A stretch of DNA of 59,127 bases, counting the filler, from Basidioascus undulatus (taxonomy: Eukaryota), in NCBI GenBank assembly GCA_000826855.1. It is 6 parts of 6 records of this genome, joined end to end, with 100 filler letters (N's around TTAATTAATTAA, not from the genome) between each part and the next. Parts side by side here need not be neighbours in the genome. Positions count along the whole stretch, not along the records: positions 1 to 26,926 come from JTLS01000176.1; positions 27,027 to 33,381 come from JTLS01001761.1; positions 33,482 to 39,834 come from JTLS01001762.1; 3 more parts are not named here. The stretch is one strand, 5' to 3'. This document shows, piece after piece, positions 24,042 to 35,995 of this stretch (its first letter is position 1; each line of letters begins with the position of its first letter). A program made the position numbers and the translations under genes. Below the pieces are notes generated by a model. The model saw only the letters and a list, made by a program, of their open reading frames with translations. It searched no databases and was not told where the DNA came from.

Positions 24042-24337
24042 GCTGGGCTGTTGCGCGGGGCGGTGAAGGGGGGAAAGGGGAATGTGTGGGTTGAGGGTGC
24101 TGGGACAGTGCTACGTGCGCTGATGGTCTGCGAGCAAAGGCAAGGGAGGAGGCGGCTTCGCGATCGTCGAGCGAGGAAGATATCGCGGGAATTTAATCGG
24201 CCCGTAAACCTCGAGTCAGCGTCTTCTCGCTTGCTTGCCTTTCACCGCCAACATTCCCATCAACTTCATTCCTCAGCCTCTCATAGACTAGCAGGGCTTC
24301 TTCAAGCTCATTCAATCCTTTTTGCCATAGCCCGTCT

Positions 24338-25657
24338 ATGCTCCATCGTCCGACACTTCGAGCAGTCCTCCCCCTCGCCCGGCGCACAATGTCCTCCTCA
24401 TCCTCGCCCTCCAAACCCACGCTGGCCTCCCCCCAGCTCATCCCCATCCCCGCTTCGTCCGTCTCCTTCCCGCCCTCGGCGGGCACCCCCCAAATTTACG
24501 ACCCCACAATCTCCCACGCGCTCGACACCGCCTCTCGCCTCCTCGCCTCCGACGAGCTCGTCGCGTTCCCCACAGAGACAGTCTACGGCCTCGGCGCGTC
24601 CGCACTCTCACCCTCGGCGGTCAAGAGGATCTTCGACGCCAAGGGCCGGCCGCAGGACAACCCGCTCATCGTGCACGTCTCCTCGCGCGCGATGCTCGAC
24701 TGGCTCCTCCCCGAGGGCTGGGTCGTGCCGGAGATCTACGAGCGTCTCATGGCCCGCTTCTGGCCCGGCCCGCTCACGCTCCTCTTCCCCACGTCCTCCA
24801 AGATCCCGCCCGAGACAACCGCCGGCCAGCCGACCGTCGCGGTCCGACTGCCCGCGCACCCCGTCGCGCGCGCGCTCATCGCCCACTCCGGCATCCCCCT
24901 CGCTGCGCCCAGTGCGAATTCCAGCGGGCGCCCGAGCCCCACTGCTGCACGGCATGTATGGGACGACCTGGCGGCCAAGGGGCGCGTGCCGCTCGTGCTG
25001 GACGGCGGGGAGTGCGGGGTCGGCGTGGAGAGCACTGTGGTTGACGGGCTCGGCGCGGACGGGAAGCTGCGCGTCCTCCGCCCGGGGGGGGTGACGGTTG
25101 AGATGCTGCAGGAGTGCTTGGGCGGGGGGGGGGAGGACGTCTTGGTCTGGCAGAGGGACTACCAGGACGAGAAGCAGCGGGAGGCGCCGAGCACACCGGG
25201 GATGAAGTACAAGCATTATTCGCCCGACACGCGCGTCCTCCTCCTCCTCCCCGCTCACGCCCGCCGCTACTCCTATTCCTCCTCCTCCGACCTACCCACC
25301 CCCCTCTCCGCGATCCTCTCCTCGCTACCCGCCGCCCCGGCCCCGCACCGCATCGGCCTAATGACGCTCCCCTCCTCCCCCCTCACACTCTCGCTCTTCC
25401 CCACGTCCTACCCAACCGCCCCGCACACGCTCCACACACCGTCGGGGCACACGCTCACGCTCGTCCCCTTCCCGCTCGGCGAGGTCGACCGTCCGGACGT
25501 CACCGCCCAGCGAATCTTTGCCGGGCTGCACCAGCTCGACAAAGCGCGTGTGGAGCTCATCGTCGTTGAGGGCGTCAGGGAGGAGAGGGAGGGGCTCGCG
25601 GTTATGAACCGGCTGAGGAAGGCTGCGGGCGTTGGGGGGGTGTGGGAGGTGCAGTAG
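24338..25657 (+). CDS. SUA5: Threonylcarbamoyl-AMP synthase (YrdC domain plus SUA5 domain)
   Basis: VAFPTETVYGLGA, AKGRPQDNPLIVHV, FWPGPLTLL, PLAAPSANSSGRPSPTAARHV, GVESTVVDG, PGMKYKHYSP, AVMNRLRKAA. Confidence 0.97.
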   Translation: MLHRPTLRAVLPLARRTMSSSSSPSKPTLASPQLIPIPASSVSFPPSAGTPQIYDPTISHALDTASRLLASDELVAFPTETVYGLGASALSPSAVKRIFDAKGRPQDNPLIVHVSSRAMLDWLLPEGWVVPEIYERLMARFWPGPLTLLFPTSSKIPPETTAGQPTVAVRLPAHPVARALIAHSGIPLAAPSANSSGRPSPTAARHVWDDLAAKGRVPLVLDGGECGVGVESTVVDGLGADGKLRVLRPGGVTVEMLQECLGGGGEDVLVWQRDYQDEKQREAPSTPGMKYKHYSPDTRVLLLLPAHARRYSYSSSSDLPTPLSAILSSLPAAPAPHRIGLMTLPSSPLTLSLFPTSYPTAPHTLHTPSGHTLTLVPFPLGEVDRPDVTAQRIFAGLHQLDKARVELIVVEGVREEREGLAVMNRLRKAAGVGGVWEVQ

Positions 25658-26152
25658 TCTGAGGATGGCGAGTCGAAGGTGCGATGCGCTATGCCGAAGT
25701 GGTGAGGTCGGGCAATGCTGACATGCGTCGGGGCGGGTCCAGATAACTTATACACCGCCGCCGGCGTACTCGCATTATACCATTTCTTGCTTCTCTTTTT
25801 GATTGTTTACGCCTGCGCAATTCTCGAGTGACCGCACCCCCGAGTTCGCACCTTCTTCCTCGCTCGTTCCAGACCCGGGTCATCCCAGCTCCAGCAATGT
25901 CTCGCCCGTTCCCTGCCCCTTCGCCCCTTTTCCTCCGCTCGCTTCGACTCGAACGTTGTCGTAGTGCGTTCCGTGTGCGCTCCTGACTGAACCATCGTCT
26001 CGATCAACATCGTTGATCCTTCCTCTTCTTCTTCGAGCTCGTCTCTCTGTCGCTCTCGTCTAGACCTCTTCTCCGCTCACCCTCGAACCTCGCCTGTGCT
26101 TGTACACTCACCCACTCGAATCGAATCGAACTCACTCACGACTACAGTAGCA

Positions 26153-26901
26153 ATGCGCTTCTCTGCCCGACACGCTCTTCCTGCCCTCTCACTCTCCCTC
26201 TCCCTCGCCACCCTCACTCTCGCCGCACCAATACCAATACCAGTGCCTGTCCGAGTGCCGGCCGAGTCTGTCTAGCTCTCTCCTCTCAATCATAATTCTA
26301 CAACTAACACCCGCCCCACCTCCCCATCCCTTCCCTCCGCACAGCTTCGCTCCGTACCCTCCGTACCCCGCACCTCTCTTCTTCTCCACCGCCTCCTCTT
26401 CGGGCGTAAACTCCTACGGCCGCGGGAGTGCGCGGCAGGCAGTCATCTCGTGCGTGCCTCTCAGGTGCGGTTGCCCGCGTGGTGGGTGCAAGGCTGATTG
26501 AATGGGGAGGTGGGCGGTAGTGAAGCTGGGATCGATTTAGAGATTGTTGGGAGGCTGTTTGAGGGTCACTTTGGTGAAGGGCCCGAGGGGGATTTTGAGG
26601 ATGCCGAGTGCGTTTGACGTCATTGACTCGCTGGATACGAAAGGTCCTCATCTGGAACGGAACGGAAGCAGAGTCGGAATCGACCTCGACCTGCTCCAGC
26701 ACCTCGTCGTGCGGCACTTTACGCTCTGCTTCGACCTGATGCTCTGCAACGCGTTCCCTTTCTTCCCTTTCTCCCTGTCGTCAGTCTCAGTCTGACGCCC
26801 GCTTCCAACGACAGCGTCGGGCTCGTCTTCGACGCGCACCTTTTCTATCACGTCGTGAACGGGCGGTTCTTCCCGGACGGGGGCGGGGCGTTTGTGGATG
26901 C
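26153..26901 (+). CDS. Small secreted protein with exon-encoded ~28-aa repeats; truncated by contig end
   Basis: Signal-peptide-like MRFSARHALPALSLSLSLATLTLA. Exons 26153-26265, 26345-26449, 26521-26607, 26672-26752 and 26815-26901 are all joined in phase 2, with branch points CTAAC/CTGAT/CTGAC in three of the four introns. The spliced frame has no stop. Confidence 0.7.
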
Positions 26902-26926
26902 GCAAGTCCCTCCCCCCCCCCCCCCC

Positions 26927-27026
26927 NNNNNNNNNNNNNNNNNNNNNNNNNNNNNNNNNNNNNNNNNNNNTTAATTAATTAANNNNNNNNNNNNNNNNNN
27001 NNNNNNNNNNNNNNNNNNNNNNNNNN
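26927..27026. other. Artificial contig linker
   Basis: N44 + TTAATTAATTAA (stops in six frames) + N44. Confidence 0.98.
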
Positions 27027-27223
27027 TTGGGGCCCTCCGGGTGTCGCTCGTGCGGAGCGTGCACACGCGCGTAGGCGTATGGGAGGCAGATGGAGCGAAG
27101 AGTTCGACAGGTGCGCTATAATGCGAGAACAGAAGTGCACAGGTCTCCTATACTAAGAGGCTGGTGCTCTTGTTGCTTCAGCCTTCAGGCGATATGATGT
27201 GGCTTGTGAAAAGCGCAACCACC

Positions 27224-27319
27224 GGCCTGATGGTCTAGTCGTATGATTTTCCCTTCGGGTGCTAGCCCATGTAGTTGCATATTTGGGAGAGGTCCCGGGT
27301 TCAATTCCCGGTCAGGCCC
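27224..27319 (+). tRNA. tRNA-Pro(CGG), intron-containing
   Basis: Acceptor stem GGCCTGA/TCAGGCC, A-box TGGTCTAGT, anticodon arm TTCCC-TT-CGG-G[~24-nt intron]T-GGGAG, T-arm CCGGGTTCAATTCCCGG, downstream oligo-T Pol III terminator. Confidence 0.92.
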
Positions 27320-28361
27320 TTCTTTTTTGCCAAATCCCTACAAGCTCGACAGCGAGCGGTCGAGGATGCCGAAGAGGCCCCCCGAGCCAGTGTGTCTTTT
27401 TGGCAACCACCCTTCATCACCTGTGTTTGCCAGAGTTTATACCGCTTCCTGGCCGATTCCATATAAATATGATATTCTATCGACTGGACGGGGACAATCT
27501 TCTCAGTTATAGTGGACCGCCGGTAGACAACCTGCTGTGCCTGCTGCGCTGCAGACGCACGCACATCCAATCAGAGCTTGCAACTTCATCGTTACTGCGC
27601 TGATCAACTCGCTCGGAGTCCTTTCAGATATGTCTTATTCGAAGATGACTGATCAATCTAGTAAGACGTGAAGGCTGACAACATCCGCACTCTCGGGAAC
27701 GCCGGAACTACGTCACAGTTGAAAGCTGGTCGCTGCATCACAGAACAAGGCAGAGGGTGCAGCGTACTCAGCATTCATCCATCAGCAGTACCAAGCACTA
27801 TGTTTTAGGTAGGATGATGTTATTTGTGTTGTGGTCAGCTCAGACACTCGTCGGTCTCTGGCCGTCCCACAGGCGACGGCCGGAAGGCGCCCGTGTATAA
27901 TGACTTCATTAGTTGAATCAACGCCATGCAAAAAAAAAGACGATTTCAGAGTACAACGTTTCATAAGGTGTTTGAGGCTCTGAGACAGCATAGGCTGCTA
28001 CAGCTTAGAAATGCACCGGGGCAAGAGGGAACGAAGCACCTTGGGTTCAAGCGTGCACGAACAGTGTCGTTGTTCGCACCTGGGCTCGACCCAAGTAGAC
28101 CACAACTTACACGGTTTCAACGTTAATCATACTTTTCGGAATGTTCTTTCTTCTCAGGTTCACGAACGATAAGTCATTTAGCGAGTTGCATGCAATCGTT
28201 CCTTCTGCACTGACGACACCGTTTTCGAGCAGCCAGCCGATCGAGCAGTCTTGAACTAGAGCGGAACGTGAACATGAGGGTATACGCAATATGCAGCTCA
28301 AATTACAGATGGAAGGCAGATTGGAAAGCCAAGATAATCCATGCAATCGGAAAGACGTCCA

Positions 28362-30461
28362 TCAAGCGACCTCTGCAAAGCCCAAACGAACGTCAGTACG
28401 AGCCTGCGAAAGCTGTCGAGCAGCGGCACACGACGCACCTTCACCCGCATCATCGCCGATCTGCATCTCGTCCATCTCCTCCGCGAGCAGCTCGTCGTCC
28501 GCGATGTCGGGGAAGTCGCCCTCGGACTCAGCGTCCGCCTCGCTCACGTTGTCCATGTCCTCGTCACTGACGTCCTCCTCCATTGCGTTCGGGTCCCGCA
28601 TCTGGTACTGCTTCGCGACGGCGTTGTGCGCGCCGGGCTCGTCGGACCGGTACAGGTTGATGCCTTGCCGCATCTCGGGGTCCTCCTGCAGAAGCGAAAG
28701 ACTCGGCGGTCAGCAGTCGGGTCTTACTAGAACCCCCAGATCCGAAAAGACAGACGCACCTCCAAATCGCGAAGGAAGAGCTCGTAGTCCCGCTCCACCT
28801 TCTGCTGGTCGACACCGCCGCGGCGACCGAGTGCGCCGCGGCCGTACGTGCCCTCGGCGCTCGCGTCCTCGGCCTCCTTCGCGATCGACTTGAGGCGCCA
28901 CTTGCGGGGCTTGCTCTTCTTGCGGCGGTTCGGGTAGCTCTTCTTGACGAGGACGACGTCGGGGAGGGCGCTCTCGTCGAGCGCCTCGAACGCGTCGTTG
29001 TTGAAGTTGGCGTGCGTGAGGTGGTAGCCCATGACGGTGTCGCCCGGCTGCAAGATCGCGCCGAGGTGCGTGCGCGTGTGATAGATCGCGTCCGCGCCCT
29101 CGCCCGTGGAGCGCGTCACCTGCGCGTCCGCGAGCACCCACCGCCCCTTCGTCGGGCCCGAGGGCTCGATGTCGAGCACGACGAACTCGACGAGGTCCGT
29201 CACGCTCGCGAGCGACTCGAACGGCTGCCGCCAGTAGACGGGCGAGGTGACGTCGGCGGTGTGGAGTGTCATCGGGTCGAGCAGGTGAATAGAGTTGCCG
29301 ATGCGCGTGCAGACGGTGAGAGGACTGCGCGGCGGGGTTTGAGGTCAGCCACGGAAGGAGGCAGCAGAGCGGTCGTGGTCCTTACGGAATGTTGGACAGC
29401 GATTGGGCCATCTTTTTCGGCAAGCAGACGAGGTCGTCCTTGCAGACGGGGACGAGCTCGACGGAGTAAGAGAACTTGTACGAAGACGTGCCCGAGTGCG
29501 TGTCGGTGGACAGCAGCTGCTCGGACGTCTTCGTCCTGTCGCGTCACGACGCGTCAGCCCAAATGTACGCCTTCAAGACAAATCCCCAGTACGCACCTGA
29601 CGGGCGTGACGCTAGACAAGAATTCGACCATCTTGACTGCGTGGCTGCGCTGAGTGTAGAAGAAGTCGAGGCCGTCCTTCTTCTCGGAGATGTTGATCGT
29701 CTCCTTGTGCGCGTTGTGCTTGAGGATGAGCTGCTCAAGGAAGAAGAACGTCCGCTTGTGCGGGACCTTCTGCCGGACCTGCACTGTCGCCTTCCACGTG
29801 TTCTTCGCCGCAAGGCGTGCGCAGTCGGGGCACTGCGCGCCGAGAACGACGTAGGTGACTTCGAAGATCTGCTGCAGGATCGTGTTCGCGAGCACCTGTT
29901 GCAGACCCAACATCAGCTCCTGCTTCGCGCGAACGAGAGAAGGCGGAAAGGCGAACCTCCTTCTGCACCGTAAGCTTGACCTTGACACGCTTCGAGTGGG
30001 GCTCCGTCCAGATGAAGCTGGCGTCAATCAGCCGGACCTGCAGAACGCTCTTTAAGTATGCACCCTTCCCGAATCTTAAGACGAGCGGGACGCACCTTCG
30101 ACAGGCCCTTTAGCTTCTTCAAGCAGATCGCAAGCAGCTCGCGCGATTCCCACTCCGCAATAGCCCATCCCGCCGGCGGGTTCGAGTAGCGCTCGCACCC
30201 GCGGCAGAACGTGAGGGTGCTCTGCTTCGGGATCTCGGCAGTGATGTCGACGCTGGCCCCACGCAACATCGGTCAGCGCACTTGATTCCGGCGAGGCCGG
30301 CAGAGGGAGAAGGGGACACACGTGTTGCGGAGACAGCCGATACAGAGGTTGGCCGAGTTAGGCTGGATGGGGATGCCACAGTCCGCGCAGAGGACGACGT
30401 GCACGGGTGCGGAGGGGGTGTAGGCGACGGAGTTGATGTGGTCGGCGTGGAAGTGCGACAT
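28362..30461 (-). CDS. NMD3: 60S ribosomal export adaptor Nmd3
   Basis: CADCGIPIQPNSANLCIGCLR, FCRGCERY, WESRELLAICLKKLKGL, DASFIWTEPHSKRVKVK, QCPDCA..WKATVQVRQKVPHKRTFFFLEQLILKH, RTHLGAILQPGD, DYELFLRDLE|EDPEMRQ. Confidence 0.97.
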
Positions 30462-31448
30462 GGTGGAGGCCGTCGGGGGAGGGCAAAAGGGATGTAAAGG
30501 TGCAGATGGGGGGTTGGGGGCGGATGTGGCTGTAGGTCTAACTGAGAGCGTCAGTGTACCGCCACTTGGTGAATCCTCTGCGGTCTGTAGCGGCGGGCAG
30601 GACGGCGATGGGAAAAGTATTGTGATTGTGGGAAGGCAACTCGGCCGCCCTCCGCTTGCTCTTCCGCTCCATGGATCCATCGGGACAGCCTGATCCTAGC
30701 TCCAGCGTACCACCACCTGCACGTCCCATGCCCAAGCCCGCCGCCAGTACAGCACCGCGAGAAAGATGGGACCTCGACACTCACAGCGACTGTGTGGGTC
30801 TGGTGCCACCGATCCGCAATCAACAGCGGGAGCTCGAGTCCGATCGAAAAGTCCCGTTTAAGCTCTGCAGCTAGAATAAAAAGCTGCAGCGATCCCTCCG
30901 AGAAATAGAGAGAATAAAGCGGGTAGGGGTGAAGCGAGAGGACGCAGGAGTGGCGGTGGTGGGAAACAAGCGGCCGGTCTTCGCAGGCGACGAAATTCGT
31001 GCGCCCTTGCCGCTTGGTCAGCTCGCTGACGAGGGAAATTCACGTGCATCGAAATCACGGCTGTCTTTCACAGATGAAGACATAAAACTGCAGCAATCTT
31101 TTAGTCAAGTGGGTAAACAAGGGGAACAGTAATCCATTGTAAAGTCTTCCACCTGAAGCAGGCGCAGCAACGCACATCAATCGGCGGACGACCGCTCGCG
31201 GCATGCATGCGCATTGACTAGTCGCATGGAGGCCACGTCCTCAGTAGCACTGCTACGTTGAGCCTGCCATTCAAACTAAAAGCATGATAAAGGGACATTG
31301 CGCGGCGCAGACAGCTTAGGAGCAGGGCTGCATGCCGTGCACGGTCAAGCAGTGCCAACCTCGTGTTCAGCACCCTGACAACGAACTCCAAGCGTATTAT
31401 GCGAAATAGATATCATAGCGTAACGGGTATCGAAAACGATCGTAAAAA

Positions 31449-33302
31449 CTACAATGCCACAGGCGGCTGTTCGGCGGCGTGCCTCGGTGCAAGGTGTACG
31501 CGGGGCGGAACCGCGATCCCCTTCGCGCCCATCTCACTGCCGCTGCCACTCGCGCTCTCGCTCCCAGCCTCCGCCTCCGCGTGTCTATTCCCTTCGATCC
31601 GGTCCTCCCGATCCAGGAGCGTGAGGTCCCTCGCGCGCACGACGTCCCTGCGTAGGCGGCTCCTCTCCTGCTCCTCCTCCGCGGCCCAGAAGCCCTCGTC
31701 GGCGGGGAGCATGAGCGCCTGGCGGAGCTTCTGCGTCACCTCCTCCGTCTTCTTGCTCTTCACACTGCCGTACCATATCAGGCATCCCGCGGCTGAACGT
31801 AAAGAAAGGGGGAGCCCGGGTCATCGTAGGGGAGGTGGGGAGAAGGGGGAAGGGGAAACGGACCGATGCCGCAGAGGAAGGCGAGGACGATGCCCAGCGC
31901 GTCGAGCGCGGCCGGGCGGTCGTAGAACTTGGGGTGCGGGGGAGGGGACTTGTAGTATGGATCGTAGCCCCACCTGTCCCATACACGACACTCTAAGCCT
32001 CCTCCCCATAAGTAGCTAATACCCTGCAACGCGACTCACCAACCCCACAAAGCCCCAGCGAGCATTATCTGGAAGCCCGAGTTACCGTCGTTCATCTGTT
32101 TGTGCGCGGGGGAGGTGAGCGTCCCGTCAGAACTGAGGGGGTTGAAGAGCAGAGCGGGATGGAAACGCACGACCATGATCCAGACTGCGAGGTATATAGG
32201 GAACGCCTGCACCATCCCATTCCATCATCAGCCTTATCCTTTCCATCTGTGCACGAACCCCCAACCCACTTACTCTATGCGTCTCCGTCGCATGCGGCCT
32301 ATAAAACGTCTGGCTGGCATGGAACTTCTCTGTCGTCCCCCACACCATGTCGTGTCGGCCACGTGCTCGAGCATTTCTGTTTCGAAGCAGCCGACTCGAC
32401 CCACCCTGCTGGTACTCCAGATCCCGCTCCTCCTCATCGCTAAGCACATGAACATAGTCCGGGTCGTCGGCCGGCTTGGGCAGGTCGTCCTCGTTCTCCA
32501 GCGGGGGGAGCCCTCGCTCGGCGCGCCGCTTGCGCGTCAGGCGCGCGTAGTGCCATATTCTGCCGCTCGGGGTATCAGCCGTGCAGTGAAGGGGAAGGAG
32601 GGGATTGGTACCGGAGGATGCGGTACGTGTCCCGCGCGCGCCAGGGGATGAAGATGATTGCTGTGCAGAAGAGACTGTCGAGGGGAGGGAAGGGGAAGTC
32701 AGGTGCCTGCGCGTGGACAGACCGAGGGAAGAGGGCACAAGTTGATAATCTGCATGCTGATTTCTATGGCCCTCCTCGAGGGTTAGAATGGCAAGGCGGG
32801 GGTGTGAGGGTGAGGAGGATCGCACGCACCGACCCATAGCTTTTGGCGGTAGTCATCGTAGAAATTGATCCACTTTGCGAGGAAGATGACGATCGCGCAG
32901 CCCCAGAAGACGATGGCCTGCCACCGCGAGCCTAATGATCAGTTCCTGTGGTTCGGTTTGAGGGAGTTCGGAGTGAGGGCTTACGAAGAAGTAAATGAAA
33001 GCGAGTACTCCCACCGCTGCCCGATCCATCGCCTTATCCCATCAGCACTCGCCTCAAACGGAGCAAGACGAGGAGCCGCCCCACTCACGCGTCTTCAAGA
33101 ACGCCCACACGCCCTTCATCGTCCTTCGGAACTGCTCCTTCTTCGTGAGGAGGTGCTGCACGTGCGCGTCCAGCCCGTCCTCGTCCTCGTCCGCGCCGCC
33201 GCCTTTTTCGACATCGCGCGGCGGCTTGGGCGGCGTGGAGGGTAGGTTGACGGAGAGCATCCGGTCGTAGACCCCGGTTAGGGGCGGGAGGAAGATGGAG
33301 TT
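31449..33302 (-). CDS. DUF2985-like fungal integral membrane protein; 5' end lost at contig edge
   Basis: KGVWAFLKT|PVG, VFWGCAIVIFLAKWINF, IWHYARLTRKRR..GLPPLENEDDLP, VHVLSDEE...YQQ|EKFHASQTFYRPHATETHR, DGNSGFQ, RPAAL...AFLCGI...KSKKTEEV. Confidence 0.8.
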
Positions 33303-33381
33303 CTGGGAAGGGGGGGGGGGGTCTTGTTAAAGCAACGGATGAGGTCAGCCGGTGCAGCGTGCACAAGACAGTGTGCATATA

Positions 33382-33481
33382 NNNNNNNNNNNNNNNNNNN
33401 NNNNNNNNNNNNNNNNNNNNNNNNNTTAATTAATTAANNNNNNNNNNNNNNNNNNNNNNNNNNNNNNNNNNNNNNNNNNNN
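33382..33481. other. Artificial contig linker
   Basis: N44-TTAATTAATTAA-N44. Confidence 0.98.
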
Positions 33482-34159
33482 CCTCAAGCGCGTCCTTGAG
33501 CTGCTCGAACTGCGCGCCAGCCACCCCACCGTCCTCGTCGCGCTTCGTGAACGCCGCGCCGAGCCCCGTGGGCTTCTCGAAGTCCAGCCCGAGCGCGGAG
33601 CGCGAGTCCCAACGGCATACGGGGCACGAGAGGTAGTACGGCGGCTCGCCCTGGGAAGCCTGCGGGGCGGTAAGGGACGGGAGGGGGAGGTTCGCGAGCG
33701 ACGAGGGCGGGTCGGTTGGGTGCACGAGGAGCGTATTGGTGCAGCAGGGACATAAGAAGCAGTTGCGGGCGCATCTGATCAATGGGACACTTTCAACATT
33801 ACATCGGAAGGTGGTGAGACGGAAAGAAGGACGAGGACGCACCGGTTCCTCTGTGCCCGCACAGACGCGCCCGGCACCTCGAACAAGCAGTTCGGGCAGT
33901 AGTAGCACGAGACCTCGCATGTCACCGTGCGCGCGCAGCGGATCGCATCACACTCCTCGCAGAAGTAGAGCGCAGAGATCGGGTGGAACTCCTTGGGCGA
34001 GGTGACGCGCAGGCGGAACGAGGGCAGGGAGGAGGCGGCGGCGGGATTCGGCGCGGGAGGGTAGACGGGGGAGTGGAAGAGGACTGTCGGGGCGCGGCGG
34101 GCGTCGTGCGCGTGTATTGAGGAGGATATTGAGGACATTGGGTCTGGATGGAGGAGCAT
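33482..34159 (-). CDS. DCTN4: Dynactin p62 subunit (DCTN4), 5' part
   Basis: LYFCEECDAIRC...CYYCPNCLFEVPGASVRAQRNR|CARNCFLCPCC...PPYYLSCPVCRWDS...FEKPTGL. Truncated at the linker. Confidence 0.92.
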
Positions 34160-34481
34160 GGGATCAGTGGATCGTCAGTAACTAGGAGGCAGCCCGCGAC
34201 CGCAAGCAAGGAAGGAGGTGTACGGAGGAGATTCACACTGTTATTCCAGTTCCCCTCGCAGATGTTCCAGAGTCCCACCGTACGAAATGCAGCAGAATAT
34301 GTGCCCCGGCGCGAAACTTGACTGGAGGATTATGAAAGTTGAAACAAAGAAGCAGCCTGGTCGTCCAGACGCGAAGTCCCGAGCGATCAAGCACGTGTCG
34401 CGCTGCTCTCGCTGTCTTCTCTCCTCCGCACCATCATCATCCTCGCCCCCATTCTTGTTCCTTTATTTTTCAGTGGGCAGG

Positions 34482-35323
34482 ATGATCAGGATACAGGGCT
34501 GGGATCCAGTCCTGATTATATCACAAGTGCGCCATTCCTCCTCATCTCCCCATCCCGCCGCTTGACCCCCTCACCCTCCCTCTCCCAGATCATCTCCCTC
34601 CAAACCCTGCACTACCTCACACTCTCCATCCTCTCTCCGCCGTTCCTCTCCTTCTTCGTGGACCCCGCGCCCCTCGCGTACGAGGGCGGCGCGTCCTCGG
34701 TCGGCATGCTCCTCGACTGGCGCGAGATGGCCGGCCGCAGCACCGTCCGCCTCGGCGACGGTGGCTGGGGTGGCGCCTGGCTCGGCGCGGGCAAGATCAG
34801 CGAGGAGGGGGCCGGGGGCGCATGGACGGGCGGCGTGGATCCTAGGAGAGGGTGGGTCATCGCTGTTGCTTGGGTAGCGGCGTGCGCGATCGAGTGCGTC
34901 CATCTCTTTCCCCCGCTCATCCCCCATCTGCCCTCTCGCCTTCCCTTACCCTCCTCCTCTCTTACTGAACTGACTCTGAATCCTCTCACCCTGACCTCCT
35001 CCCGCAGCGTCATCCCCCTCTACTACCTCATCCGCCGCCCCACGCACATTCTCGACTTTTCCCTCACCCTCACCTTCATCCACCTCCTCCTCACAACCTA
35101 CTACACCGCCGCTCTCCCCTCCTCCCTCTTCTACTACGCCGTCCTTGCCCTCGGCGTGGTAGTCAAGGTCGTATGGGCCGAGCAGCTCTGCGTGCGCCGC
35201 GAGATGCGCGAGGGCCTCGGGTGGGGGATGGGCCCGGGCGGGGCAGGAGCGGACGCGGAGAGGGGGCTGGGGGAGACGCTCGAGATGAGCGAGCGGAGAG
35301 GGGAGAGGAGGAGTGAAGGATAG
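34482..35323 (+). CDS. SYS1: Golgi integral membrane protein Sys1
   Basis: MIRIQGWDPVLIISQ|IISLQTLHYLTL, LYYLIRRPTHILDFSLTLTFIHLLLTTYY, WAEQLCVRREMREGL. Confidence 0.93.
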
Positions 35324-35995
35324 TAGAGGTAGAGAGGGGGTTTGGGGGATCCATGTTCGTTGCATACACTGGGCACGCGCCGGCTACTGTCGGGCTTCTC
35401 GCCCTCACCAGGCAGTAACTGGCCACTAGGTGCAATCTAATAACGCATCACCTTGAATTTCTTAGTCAACCTGCTGCACTTCACACGCCAGTCGCCTTCA
35501 TATCGCGCATCATCTCGTCATCGTCACCCCTCTCTAATCGCAGCTACTCCCTCCCTCGCACCGCCCTCGGCCCCGGCTCCCTCGCTCCCCAATCTCTGCC
35601 CCTCCCTGCGCAAAGAACCGCTCGCATCTCACAGCCGGAAGCTCACAGCTCACAGCTCACATCACACAGCTCACATCTCGCAGAAAGATATTGTCATCGC
35701 CAGCCCCGCACTCCACTCCGGACCTACAACGCCAATCAGCAAGAAACGAACGTCGGCCTGACGGATCTCCAGCGGCCGTATCACTTTCCTTTGGGCCATT
35801 CCCTGGCTTTTCTTGTGTTTCGGCAATCACCACTTCGCTGGCGATTGAGACGTTGCGGAAGGTGAAGCGGCGCGAGGAGCGCCAGGAAGACGCGGGAGGG
35901 GCGACGGCGCGTCCCGCTGCTGGGAGGGTGGAGGTAGTGGCTTGACTTGCGGGGGTATGATGATGAGGTTTAGTGAACAATGAAGTGGGAGGGCA

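Noticed and set aside
23724..25094. 456-aa ORF and other long overlapping or antisense ORFs (e.g. 659-1540, 41026-41961, 20740-21546)
   Set aside because: Shadow frames of GC-rich real genes; Arg/Pro/Ser-rich with no motifs.
26971..26982. Perfect TTAATTAATTAA palindrome repeated five times at ~6.45-kb spacing
   Set aside because: Synthetic six-frame-stop linker embedded in N runs.
35636..35680. (AGCTCAC)n short tandem repeat
   Set aside because: Ordinary minisatellite in intergenic DNA with no further structure.
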